63,968 bases of DNA, filler included, from Stramenopiles sp. TOSAG23-3 (GCA_900128585.1; 4 parts of 4 records of this genome joined end to end with filler, not necessarily neighbours in it); one strand, 5' to 3'; counted from the first letter of the whole stretch, positions 49,535-60,211 are shown. Notes: generated by a model not told the origin, from the sequence alone. Numbers and translations are program-made.

Positions 49535-50710
49535 ATGGTTCAATTGGACTCGAACGCGAAAGCGTTTTGGCTTATGTACATGGCCTTCGTGTTGTCAAAC
49601 GCGATCTTCATAGACACGTACTACATATTTTATGACGGTTTGAAAGAGAGTCAGTATTGGCTTCATGGCATTGCGCTAGGAACTGCAAAAGAGTACGATC
49701 CGTTGTGGGCGGAGGGCGGCAAGGCGATGAAAGTTGCGGTTTTTCTTTCGCTGTTCGTCACAGTGTGGTTCGCGTTCTCCGTCGGTCCCACCTTAATAGT
49801 CGACAGTAGTTTTGGAAACTACAAGAGTACCACAAAGCTGGTTTCGTACCTTTATTGTGCGGGCAGCGCTATCTCTACGATCCTAGTATTTGCGCTCGAA
49901 TTCAAAGAGTACTGTGCAAATTCCGATCTGGCCCCATCTTTCTCCATGTGGACCTGGTTCACTTTCTCCCTGCAGATTGTCGTCGTAAAATGTTTGTGGG
50001 ACCACTTAAAGACCGGGGATAAAGCGGAACAAAAACTAGAAAAAATTTCCCGCAAAAAAAGTGGGGGGTTCAAAAAGTTTGCCAAGTCAAAGCTGAATGA
50101 TTTCACTGCAAGCAAGCGCTTTAAGGACAAGGTGAGGCATATATTTGACTCTGTCGACATTGACAAGAGTGGGTCCGTGGACGTTTCCGAAGTGTACTCC
50201 ATGGTGCTCTTGATTTACTTGTTCGTTGCCCAGTACACGGTTGTCAACGCAAAGACAATTCCAACCATCGAAGAAGTAAAAGAACTTTACGACAAGATGG
50301 ACAAAGATGGAAACGGCACGCTAGACTACGACGAATTCGAAGCGTTGGCGGTGCTAGAAGTGGAAGCCGTCTCTGCAAGAATCAGCACCCAGCTTGCCTG
50401 CCAGCTAGCCGCCTCCCCCTTCCTGGCGACATGTCTGGTGTCGTTCGTCTGTCAATACGTGCTTGTAGGCTCATTTCACGCGCTGTTAGTGGGCAATTTG
50501 CACCGTGCTTTGTTGGACTATGTCTTCACTAGAACCATTGCGATTACAATCCTGACGTGCGTTCTGAACATGACTGTCATGCCATTTCTTCTGCATTTAA
50601 TTGATCTCATTTGGTACGAATCTATCCGAAGCAAGGAGACCAGGTTAAAACTTGAAAAGAAGTCTTTGTTTGGAAAGTTTTTGGAAGCAGTAATTCACTA
50701 CTTCAACTAA
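49535..50710 (+). CDS. Multi-pass membrane protein with an EF-hand pair
   Basis: About four N-terminal TM segments, EF-hands DIDKSGSVDVSE and DKDGNGTLDYDE, two further hydrophobic segments; ATG at 49535. Confidence 0.8.
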   Translation: MVQLDSNAKAFWLMYMAFVLSNAIFIDTYYIFYDGLKESQYWLHGIALGTAKEYDPLWAEGGKAMKVAVFLSLFVTVWFAFSVGPTLIVDSSFGNYKSTTKLVSYLYCAGSAISTILVFALEFKEYCANSDLAPSFSMWTWFTFSLQIVVVKCLWDHLKTGDKAEQKLEKISRKKSGGFKKFAKSKLNDFTASKRFKDKVRHIFDSVDIDKSGSVDVSEVYSMVLLIYLFVAQYTVVNAKTIPTIEEVKELYDKMDKDGNGTLDYDEFEALAVLEVEAVSARISTQLACQLAASPFLATCLVSFVCQYVLVGSFHALLVGNLHRALLDYVFTRTIAITILTCVLNMTVMPFLLHLIDLIWYESIRSKETRLKLEKKSLFGKFLEAVIHYFN

Positions 50711-50940
50711 AGCGTGAAAGAGAATAGGCCAGGAAGAGGACATAGAGAGGTGTGTGGGTAATAATTGTGTACGTGCGTCGCGATGACGAGGAGCCACTTT
50801 ACCAATCGTTACACACAAATAAGAAATCTTAAATCAATATATATCTAAAACACACTTAAACAATACTATATAATTTGTTTTTTTCTAAAACACACTTTAT
50901 AATTTGTTTTCTAATTACGGGGAGAACTTCGTGAGACTTC

Positions 50941-50997
50941 TAATTTTTTCTGCCGCTAAATAACAGCCAATTTTCTTGATTTTTAATTTTTTCTGCC
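50941..50997 (-). mobile_element. 3'-associated micro-element with 14-bp flanking direct repeat (putative TSD)
   Basis: Core (reverse complement) at 50957-50978; TAATTTTTTCTGCC at 50941-50954 and 50984-50997. Confidence 0.65.
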
Positions 50998-51067
50998 AAC
51001 GTCGTGCGCACAAGCACGCCCAGTGCTCACATGTGCAATATCTCTGCTCTCGTACACGCGATGCGGT

Positions 51068-52462
51068 CTAAAACGCCGTGCAGCCCTTTCTCCCCTCTTT
51101 TTTGCCTGCCGAACTTGCGTCCGCCACATCTTCAAAAAATGTTGGCATTGGTTCGACTTTAGGAGGAGAATCCTCTGCCAACAAGTTCCTTAGCGAACGT
51201 TTCATGTTGTTCAGGCTTTTGATCGGCATACGGCCCAGTGACGTAGTCAACTCGTTGGTCAAAAAGTGCCCAACTTGATCATCGGAGGATATCAGAAACT
51301 GTTGAAAATCGCCAGAGTTTTGAATGGTTCGATGCGATAGCGATTTCTGCAAAAAAGTCTGCAAGATCTGTTTGCGCTCCTGAAGGTGTTTAATATCAAA
51401 ATTGCGCTGAAAAGTTCTAGTTGGCAACTCCGGAAGACCAGCCACTATATCAGGAATATGATTGTGCAACGCCTGACTGAGGTTACGAAATGCTGTGACC
51501 CGACGGGTCACCAGCCATGACCGTGTAACTGGGCTCGAATCGCGTCTCCTATTTCCCGCGCTTCCGTCCTCCTTCTCGGTCCCATCTATGCGTGTGGTAA
51601 CCTGAATTTGGTACTGCACATGCTTATGGGGTTCTTCCACGACGATAGGACGAATAATTAGCGCTTCTATTGCACACCCAGCAAGTGGAGGCAGTCCACC
51701 CCGCCCAACGATTCTAAATGCCATTTCAAACTCCTTTTTTTCCGCTTCTGTCTCAGTGCAAATGTACAATTTCCGATTCTCTTTGATGGTTTTCCGGTCA
51801 GTGGCCACTTCTCTGACGGTTACGTGAAGGAGATGGTTCGATGGGAGAGCAGAAGAGCCGTGCAATTTCTTTGCATTCTTGCTCATGGTCGCTGGATTTT
51901 TATGCACACTAAGACAGGTAAGCCGTATCGATTCTATTAGCTTTCTGCCAAGCCGGCCCCCATCTTGGTATATTTCAAGCTTCAGCCCAGACAAGCGGAG
52001 GAATCTACGCCCCCATTTTCGCTGATCTATATTGTCTCTAAAGTGCACATACTTCTCTACGGTTATTGGTGAGGTCACTCCATCCACGGTGTGCTTCAAA
52101 AGCAGGTGGCGCGCTTCGGAAATCAAGTGCGTCTGTGCCATAATATGCAGCATGTGCATCCGTTTCCCCCAAGAGTGGCACACTTCTGAGTTTGGAAACG
52201 CCAATATCAGGGTTTTGTGGGCCGTCGAGAGCAGCAACGAAAACTCTCGGCCCACTTCGGCCAAGGCCTCTCCCGAACCCATTATATGGGTATGAATGGA
52301 TTCCAACTGAAGCGCCATGAACGGCGTCAAATGATTTTCAGTTTTATACATCAGCAAATACTTTTCCTCCAACACAAGATGGGCGTGAATCCAATACCTT
52401 GTAACATTGCACAAATACTCCGCGTCCGCGTGGAGAAAGACTTGGTTCGCAAGGGACGCCAT
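51068..52462 (-). CDS. PH-PH-PX domain protein with C-terminal CaaX
   Basis: PH-like segments (HLVLEEKYLLMYK...W; WGRRFLRLSGLKLEIY), PX (YQIQV...WLVTRRVTAFRNL...LPELP...LQERKQILQTFL); ends KKEGRKGCTAF. Confidence 0.8.
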   Translation of the reverse strand: MASLANQVFLHADAEYLCNVTRYWIHAHLVLEEKYLLMYKTENHLTPFMALQLESIHTHIMGSGEALAEVGREFSLLLSTAHKTLILAFPNSEVCHSWGKRMHMLHIMAQTHLISEARHLLLKHTVDGVTSPITVEKYVHFRDNIDQRKWGRRFLRLSGLKLEIYQDGGRLGRKLIESIRLTCLSVHKNPATMSKNAKKLHGSSALPSNHLLHVTVREVATDRKTIKENRKLYICTETEAEKKEFEMAFRIVGRGGLPPLAGCAIEALIIRPIVVEEPHKHVQYQIQVTTRIDGTEKEDGSAGNRRRDSSPVTRSWLVTRRVTAFRNLSQALHNHIPDIVAGLPELPTRTFQRNFDIKHLQERKQILQTFLQKSLSHRTIQNSGDFQQFLISSDDQVGHFLTNELTTSLGRMPIKSLNNMKRSLRNLLAEDSPPKVEPMPTFFEDVADASSAGKKEGRKGCTAF

Positions 52463-52996
52463 CGGGGGGGGGGGCGGGTAAGCCGCAGCAGCTACGCGCA
52501 GTCGACCTGCTCCAATCAGTTTACCGAATTCCTTCTAATAATATTATATGCTCAAATCTTCCTCTGTGACCGTTACAAAGAAAAGCTGGTCAAATGATGA
52601 TTTCTAACGTCTACTGTACTTTTTTATTGCATTTGTTGTTGAATAGTTAGTAGTCGTCTATAAAAGTAAAAGAAGAACAAAGATTTTTTTGTCACTCCTC
52701 TTCTTCTTCTTGCTTCTATATTCTTCTTCTTTCTTTTCTTCTCTTCTCTTCTCTTCTTTTTTTTTTTTTATTATTTGTAAAAACTACTACGGTATAATAA
52801 CTGGTACACAGCATCTGCTCTGCTGTAGTTTTTACTAAAATTTTTTATTACTTGGTATTACCATATACTCCTCTCTTATTATTAAAAAATAATAAAATAT
52901 AATAATATCAATAGTATTATTACTTATAATAATAAAATAGAAAAAAAAAAGAAGAATGAATGAAAGAAAAAAATGGGAAATTCATCCTCCATATAA

Positions 52997-53020
52997 TAAA
53001 AACAAAAAATTGGCTGTTAT
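52997..53020 (+). repeat. 3'-associated micro-element, variant copy
   Basis: TAAAAACAAAAAATTGGCTGTTAT, about 70 bp from the SMYD stop codon. Confidence 0.75.
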
Positions 53021-53091
53021 GATAAAAAAATACAGAAGGATATTTGCAGTGTATTTATCAATATTGATAACAACTACAAAAGGAACACTGA

Positions 53092-54606
53092 CTACACCAT
53101 CAAGCTGCTTTGATAAGCTTGTATTTCAGCTACAATTTCCGCATCTTTCCCATGGGTCAACGACAAAATGTCAATGGCGACGCTCAGGTAGTGTTTTGCC
53201 ATTTCCAGCCCTCCAGGTTGTTGCTGTGCAATCAGCGAGCCCATCGTGTAAGCTTTCATTGCGATCATAGGGTGTTTGTAGCAGTATATCGACATATAAA
53301 CATCCATTGATTTATGTGCCATATTAAACGCAAGATCGTACTTGTGGACAAGAAGTGCGACGGTAAAAATGTTGTTCGTAACGATCAGGTTTTCCAAATT
53401 CAAGGGGTGAAGGTATCTGCTACGGACTGCTTGGACTTGTAGAAGCAGTTTCAGTTCTCGCTCCGCATCTTCTTCAAGCGCTGCTTCTTCCATGAGCTTT
53501 TTCGCAAGCATTAGCTCAAAATCACGCCGTTTGTTTGCTTTGGAAGCGTTCAACACCACCGGCTTGGACGAAATGTCTCCCACTAGGCACGCTTCTAGAT
53601 CCACTCTCGCGGTTAGTGCTTGTGCACGAAACAGCTTCAAATCCTTCTCCGGCACGCCCATGTGCAGGCGCGCGACAAGGACCTCTTCGACGAGCCCTGC
53701 AGTCATCCGCACAAGAATCGGCATTCCATCCTTCGGCGAGCACCGTGAGCAAGAACAAGTAAAGCCGTAGTCCGCCAGGAGCTTCGTCCGCCGGTCTACC
53801 TTGCTGCAGGCGGTGTCTAAGTACGGGTGGCAAAGCTCTTCGCCTGGTGCGACAGGACGACTCGTCCGAATCTGCTGCACTACGCAGTGGCGCGGACTTT
53901 TCTCGAAACGGTAGCTAACGACGCAGTTCGGCAGGCAGGAATGGTTTAAAATCGCACCATACGGGGACACACACGCCGCAACGGAAACCATCAACTTATC
54001 AGTAACGCTGAAATTGTTGCACCCAAACCGCTGCAAAAACTGCACAAGCTCGTCGGCGCTGAACGCGCCGTCACCTAGCCCCAGAAAATCTTTTGAGAAG
54101 CCCTGAATCCTTGAAACGATTGTTTGGTGGTGCGGGTTGTTAACCGAGTCGTGAAAACACATGTTTTGCACGTCCAAAAATGTTGGGGTCGCCACGTCCT
54201 TAGTCTCCCCACAATCGGCATTTCCTTTCCCTTGGTCAGTACTGTTTCCTCGTAGGGTTCTCCCTAGCAGTAGCAGGTCTGAAAGCACGGTGTTGTCTTT
54301 GACCGCTGCCCTGAGAGAACCGAGATGCGACACTTCCCAATCCTGAGCGGTACAATGGTGGTCTTTGCACCCCTGCGAGCAGTACACTACAGAGTTCGAC
54401 GCGTCCGAAAACCCGGGGGACTTTGTCTTCTTAAAGCAGTTAAAGCAGCGTTTGTCCCATAATTTGGGATGCAAGATGCTCGTGTACAATTTTGTACAGC
54501 AGACAATGGCCCCCCTTTCCAATTGTTCCGTAGCGACCAGCCCCCTTCCACGGTTCGGCCCGAGGTCTTCTACTTTGCAACTAAACTTGGAAAAATGTGA
54601 ATCCAT
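53092..54606 (-). CDS. SMYD-family SET/MYND lysine methyltransferase
   Basis: RGRGLVAT, partial MYND (CFNC...YCSQGC), LNHSCLPN, GEELCHPY, post-SET YGFTCSCSRC, TPR-like C-terminus (HPMIA...LTHG). Confidence 0.9.
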   Translation of the reverse strand: MDSHFSKFSCKVEDLGPNRGRGLVATEQLERGAIVCCTKLYTSILHPKLWDKRCFNCFKKTKSPGFSDASNSVVYCSQGCKDHHCTAQDWEVSHLGSLRAAVKDNTVLSDLLLLGRTLRGNSTDQGKGNADCGETKDVATPTFLDVQNMCFHDSVNNPHHQTIVSRIQGFSKDFLGLGDGAFSADELVQFLQRFGCNNFSVTDKLMVSVAACVSPYGAILNHSCLPNCVVSYRFEKSPRHCVVQQIRTSRPVAPGEELCHPYLDTACSKVDRRTKLLADYGFTCSCSRCSPKDGMPILVRMTAGLVEEVLVARLHMGVPEKDLKLFRAQALTARVDLEACLVGDISSKPVVLNASKANKRRDFELMLAKKLMEEAALEEDAERELKLLLQVQAVRSRYLHPLNLENLIVTNNIFTVALLVHKYDLAFNMAHKSMDVYMSIYCYKHPMIAMKAYTMGSLIAQQQPGGLEMAKHYLSVAIDILSLTHGKDAEIVAEIQAYQSSLMV

Positions 54607-55000
54607 CTATAACATACGGAGAGGCTTTCAACTTGAATGCGTCGAGAAGAAATGAGTACAGGTCAACAATCACTTGCCGTGTTCACAAGGACAATCTAAT
54701 TTATCACAAACGTATACCCATGATTTCCCTTATTATTTTTGAAATTATCTCAAATCAAATTGCACATGTGAGCGAGCAAGAGACAGAGGATGAATTAATT
54801 ATTATTATTATTATTTTGTATTATTATTTTTACCCACCACCGACGCGGCGGAGGAACGCGGAAGAACGCGGATGGAACGGAAGCTCACAACCACCACCAC
54901 TAATATATCAATAATTAATATCTACATAGCAGCTCTATTATTATTACATTATAATACAAGTACGAGGGGAAATGAGCGAAGAGGAGAGAGGAGGAGGAGT

Positions 55001-55126
55001 TCCTTTCTCTCTTTCTTATTTAGATTTCTTTCTTTCTTTCTTTCTTATTTAGATTTCTTTCTTTCTTTCTTTTTTAGATTTCTTTCTTTCTTTCTTTTTT
55101 AGATTTCTTTGTTTCTTTCTTTCGAC

Positions 55127-55207
<81 letters not shown>

Positions 55208-55210
55208 TCT
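55001..55210. repeat. Compound pyrimidine repeat: four TTTAGATTTCTTT-headed units plus (TTTC)n
   Basis: Visible tandem repeat. Confidence 0.9.
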
Positions 55211-55747
55211 AGATGATACTCTTCTCCCGCCGCCATACACACCATACACACAATCAATTACAATTATAATGCTGTGATTATTTATAAATTGAGTGAATGG
55301 TTGTATTATACGTACACTCCACTTGTGAATTAATCTAAAAATGAGGTATTCTACTTTTGGTGCATAGTGTACGAAGTACTAGCAATTAAATTTTTATTTC
55401 GATTGAACCCTTCCTACTGTACCTTATATTACGTAATACCTGGTAGCTTATTAAAAATGGAGAAGAAAGAGGAGGAAGAAAGAAGGAGTATTAGTTCGAA
55501 CGCGTGTTACCTGGTACTTGGTAGTTGTTATTATACCTTTTTTGGTAATAATACATTTATGAATCAAGATAGAAGACAGGTAGATTGTGATATAGATGAA
55601 AGAAAGGTAAACAATACAATAATTTGTTTTCCACCCCTCCCCAGATTTCACATTTTCTTTGTGTTACATTTTAACGAAAGAACAGTTCGTTTCGTTTTGT
55701 TTAAGCAAGTTAGCACTATCCCCAACGAACAGTGTTCAGGAACGAAT

Positions 55748-56547
55748 ATGGCCACCGAAGCAACCGCGTCGAACGCTGACCCGAAGAAGAGTGAAGAGGA
55801 GGAGGAAGAAGAGGACTACGACGAGCCTTACGCCTCCCATATCAATGAGTTGAAGCGTCGCCGAGAAGAAATTGAAAGTGGGCGTGACGAGGTACTCTTG
55901 GAACGCACCCAAGGGCACTGTACAAAGCGCAAGAGCAGGAGGCAGAGGACCTGTTCAACGAGGCCAAGTCAAACATTCAGAATGAAATGCTTTCCGCTGT
56001 AAACGAAGAGATATTTAGGTACACGGGAAAGCGCGACGGGGGCACGGACGGGGAACTCCGAGTAAGCACCCGCAATTTGCGTAGTAAAGCCTTGAAGGAG
56101 GAGGAAGAAGCCGCCAAAACGAAGAAAAAGTCCAAGTATGGAAACGGCGAGGACGCCCCTATAGACTTTGCTTTGAAGCATAAAGATATTGCCAAAGACC
56201 TAAAATCCATTCACAAAGATTGGCAGAGCAACAGCAAGCGCTTCCACGATGCCATCGCAGACTTGCCCACGCCGTCGGTACGCGTGGAACACGGGCACCT
56301 TCACGTCAAACCGCACGGGGCAGACGAGTATACGACTTTTTATCCAGGCGTCCGTGTAATTTTAACCAGTGAGTTCACCGGGGAGCAGTTTCAGGGCACC
56401 ATGACCAGCGTTAACGCGGTCGAATTGTACGTCCGCCTTCTTGATGAAAGCAAGACCCGCGTTTATTTGAGGCACATTCGCAACGGGAGGGTCACGATTT
56501 CGATCGATTCTTTCGGTACCGCCTCCAGCTCCGACAATCAAAAATGA
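55748..56547 (+). CDS. Sds3/BRMS1-like (Sin3-HDAC complex) protein disrupted by a frameshift, probably a deletion, near 55910
   Basis: One frame reads HINELKRRREEIESGRDEVLLERTQ; another continues ALYKAQEQEAEDLFNEAKSNIQNEML...STRNLRSK...ALKHKDIAKDL...GTMTSVNAVELYVRLLDESKTRVYLRHIRNGR, typical of Sds3. Confidence 0.7.
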
Positions 56548-57812
56548 GCGCTGGATTGCGTCCATCGGGTTCCCCTTGAATCAGTTTTGGTTCGCTTTGT
56601 GCCCTGAGAACGGCGTGCGGCGCCCCAGCAGTAATTATTAAGAGTCAAGAATTAAGCTTAAAGAGAAAGAAGAAAAAACATTCCTAGTACAAAGTAGTAT
56701 GATGTGTTAATTGGTATGTATTCCACATTCTCATTAATTTCGTAGAATAGGTTTGGTACACCGAATGAACCGAACGAACCTCTGCCTTTTCCATTTTTGT
56801 ACAATTTTCTTGTTCTTAAATAGAGGAGATTGTGTGCACACCACCACACCACCGTGAAAAATACAAATTCCAAATGTCCGTAGTGTAGTACTATACAAGT
56901 ATACGGATATAAATAAGGACACAATAAGGAGGAGGTATACGTTAATAGGTATCCTCGTGGGTTCGATTCGATAAGAAGAAGGAAGAAAAGAAAAAGAACA
57001 AAACAAAACCTGCAGGCACAGTATGAAAATAAAACAGACAACGTCATATAAATCCACACACCACTTGTAATAGGATTTAAAAACAACAATTAATATAGCT
57101 CACCTATCTATATACGACTAGTTTATATTGTAATTCAACTAGTCCTATCAGTATTGTACTTGTAACAATGTCCTATATAAATACGTAGAGTGAAAATAAA
57201 AGAGAACTTTTTTGGTGAAAATTTATAGTTTTTTTGTCAATTTCTTTGTTATTCAATGTTATTTTTTGTAACAGTAACTCCCTGCTAGGAATTAAATTAA
57301 ATAAAATAAAAATTTCTCTCTTCTCTCTCTCCCCCCCCTTGTCACTAAGTAACTCTGAGATCAACAATAAAAAATTAAATATTATATTTAGATTAAATTT
57401 AAGAAGAAGAAGGAAGAAACCCCGAAAAAAATAACAGAGTAATATATCGTCCTCGAACCTCGAACCTCACGAATAATAACTGTACTGTATAGTATTAATA
57501 TTACTAATACCGAACTATAAAACCCATAATACTCCTACCGTATTATTTTTATTATAAAATAATAAAAAAAATTAAAAAAAATGTTGTCCAGTACCGGGCC
57601 GGGCGGGTAGGTACCGGTACCGAACCAGGTAGAGAGGTTGTTGATGATTTCAATTTATACAGTCGTCCCTTCTTTGGTTTGGGCAACGGAATGCGTCTTG
57701 TAACGGTTTGAAATCTACAGGAATAAGTGGATTGTTTGGTTTTATTAAAACAGTTTGCGCTGATCAATAGGCACAAGCATCGCATTTTCACCCAGTATAG
57801 CATGCATGGACC

Positions 57813-59587
57813 ATGCCGAAAACGAAAAGCAAAAGTCCAAAACGGAGCAAGAGTCCAAAGCGGGGGAAAAGCCCAAAAAAGAAGAAAAAGAAGGACAAGG
57901 ACAAAGGGGGGAAAGCCGCTTCGCCGATTAAAGTAGCGCCACGGTCCTATGCCTTCCCGGAACTGGAGAATGAACTTGTGGCCGTCGAAGGGCTGGGGGC
58001 AACTGCGGTAGCTTTAACGGGGAAAGAGGGAAAGGGCAGAGTCGTCGCCTCTTCCGCACCAGTTCTTGAACGTGCAGGGCTGGCATTGTCGTACCTGTTT
58101 GAAAACGAACAGGGCTTGCTGGACTTCCTGTTTAACCAGCCACACCCTTCCGTGTTTGCCAGTGACTGGTACAATGATATTCCGGTATGCATTGGACGGT
58201 CGATCGGGATCGGTCCGAAAGAAATGATCATAAGGGGAGCAACGTTGGTTGGAGGAGGGTTTGAAAAGCGTGTCAACAGAATTTCTATCGAGACCGCACT
58301 GCACGAGTACTTGCACAGTGCGGCCATGCGAGGACTCGGCATCCCAGCGGTAGACACTGCCCTAGTTGTAAATTTGGAATCAAAAGCGAAGGTAGAGGAT
58401 GAGAGCAAAGAGACCGATACGAAAAAATGCAAGACATGCATTTTAAACGTTGCGAACACATTCTTGTCGTTTTACGACTTCTTCAAACTAAAAGGCCAGG
58501 ACTCGAGCTTGAAACATTTGGTCAACTTCGCACTTGGTCGACAGGGGAATGAAAATGTTGAAAAAGCTCCACTAGACTACCAAGCCTTCTTTGCAACTGT
58601 GGTAAAAAAGACTGCCACCTTAGCGGCAAACTGGCACACGCAAGGGTACTGCCATGGTGGAATAACCCCGAGCTGCATTTCGATTGACGGAGAATGCCTT
58701 GACTTTGGCCCTGGTGCCTTCATGGACATTTACGATCCTGATTTTAACAGCAACCCGTACGACCATATGGGGTCGCAGAAATTCAGTAATCAGCCGAAAA
58801 AATTGAGGCAGTTTTGTGGAACGCTTGGGATAGCGATGGGGGCCTTGCTCTTACCCACGTTTGATGAGAAAGGAGCAAAAGAATTTGTGAACGCTTCTCT
58901 GGAAACTAATTACGACTCTGTTTTCGAGCAAGTGTACTGGGACAGCATGCGGAAAAAAGCGGGGTTTCTCTCCCACGACGATATCGAGGGGGACCGGGCA
59001 TTAATAGCAAGCCTCTTGACGTTAATGGAAGAGACCAAGGCGGACTACCACAACATTTGGAACAAATTGATGGATCTACCGTTGCCCCTTCAGTTCCCAT
59101 TTGATTGGGACCAAGCTTCAGAGCAGCCCATGAAGGAGGAAAACAAGGCCACCGCTGAACGTGTCGTTCAGGAACAGAACGAGGCGTTCGAGGAGGTTTT
59201 GAACTACATTTTGACCCAGACGGCAAACATGGAGGAGCAGGTGGAGGCATTGGGAAGCGAGTGTTTGAATGTAAGCAATGGGGAGAAGAACCCTTTCATA
59301 GACGTGGTAAGGTCTGACCCAGCAATGCTCCTGTTCATGGGTGAAAGCAATCGAACAATTAACCAGTGCTTAGCGAAAGAGTTACAAAAGATCAAGATAA
59401 ATTCACGGATAGGTTTCTGCCGAGACCAGGATGCGGCCGACGTGGAACAAAAGTGGCGCATCTGGCTGCGCCAGTACTCGAACAGGCTGATGTCCGAAGT
59501 TCTGTACGACGATTTGTTCGGGCGCAAGAAGTACGAAGTGCCACCCGCAGCGAAGGAGGCTGACGATGACACAAAAGGTTCGCCTGG

Positions 59588-59620
<33 letters not shown>

Positions 59621-60092
59621 AGGAAAGAAAAGCAAAAAGGAGAAAAAGGAAAAGAAACCGAAAAAGAAGAAATGGAAAAAACGCCCGTTCAATATTATTT
59701 TCCCCGTGTTTGAAGAGAAGAAAAAGGAACGGGGCGCATCAATGCAGAGCTGCAAAAGAAAATATATCCTGGACGATGTAATCTCCAAGGCCGTTGAATC
59801 GGGGGATTTCAAGCAATGCAACGCATTCTGTAAAATTATCGAACAAAATCCGTACGACGCGGCGATAAGTGCGTCGCTCCAAATAGCTATGGAAACGGTC
59901 ACCCAAGCAGAAGCACTGGAAAAGGATATAATGGCGCGAAAGCTTGGGGGAAAAGCCTTGGCGGCTCGACTTGCAGACAAGTTGGATGAGAAAAACTACA
60001 AGCAGGAGATAAAGGCTAAGTTAGAGCACGATTTGTTTCCATACGTTGGTCTGAAGCCTCCTTTGAAAGCAAGGGTAAGACGCCGGAAGTGA
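57813..60092 (+). CDS. Degenerate SelO-family (protein adenylyltransferase fold) protein with lysine-rich tracts
   Basis: EYLHSAAMRGLGIP, ANWHTQGYCHG, LDFGPGAFMDIYDP, FSNQP, LMEETKADYHN, KYIL, NPY, KPPL collinear with SelO; catalytic HGVxNTDN altered to HGGITPSC. Confidence 0.8.
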
Positions 60093-60211
60093 GTGGGGGT
60101 AATGTTTTAATTTGACAGTGTAGAGCTTTTTACGTTTAATTCTTAAGTTACGCATCGTCAATTTTATTCCAGAGCGATTTACAAAAATAGTAAATATTTC
60201 ATTTCGAACTT

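Noticed and set aside
50844-50910. Short local duplications (TCTAAAACACACTT, TATAATTTGTTTT)
   Set aside because: Ordinary slippage-type duplications without the micro-element core; kept only as a caveat for the TSD interpretation.
9547-50978. Micro-element considered as a CRISPR repeat or telomeric array
   Set aside because: Copies are solitary and kilobases apart in both orientations; there are no spacers, cas genes or tandem arrays.
56658-57089. 143-aa hydrophobic minus-strand ORF
   Set aside because: AT-rich, composition-biased, TTG start, no domain; looks like intergenic DNA.
60093-60211. Possible hairpin (TTGAC...GTCAA) downstream of the SelO-like gene as a SECIS
   Set aside because: No clear AUGA/GA non-Watson-Crick core or apical AA in the proper geometry by eye.
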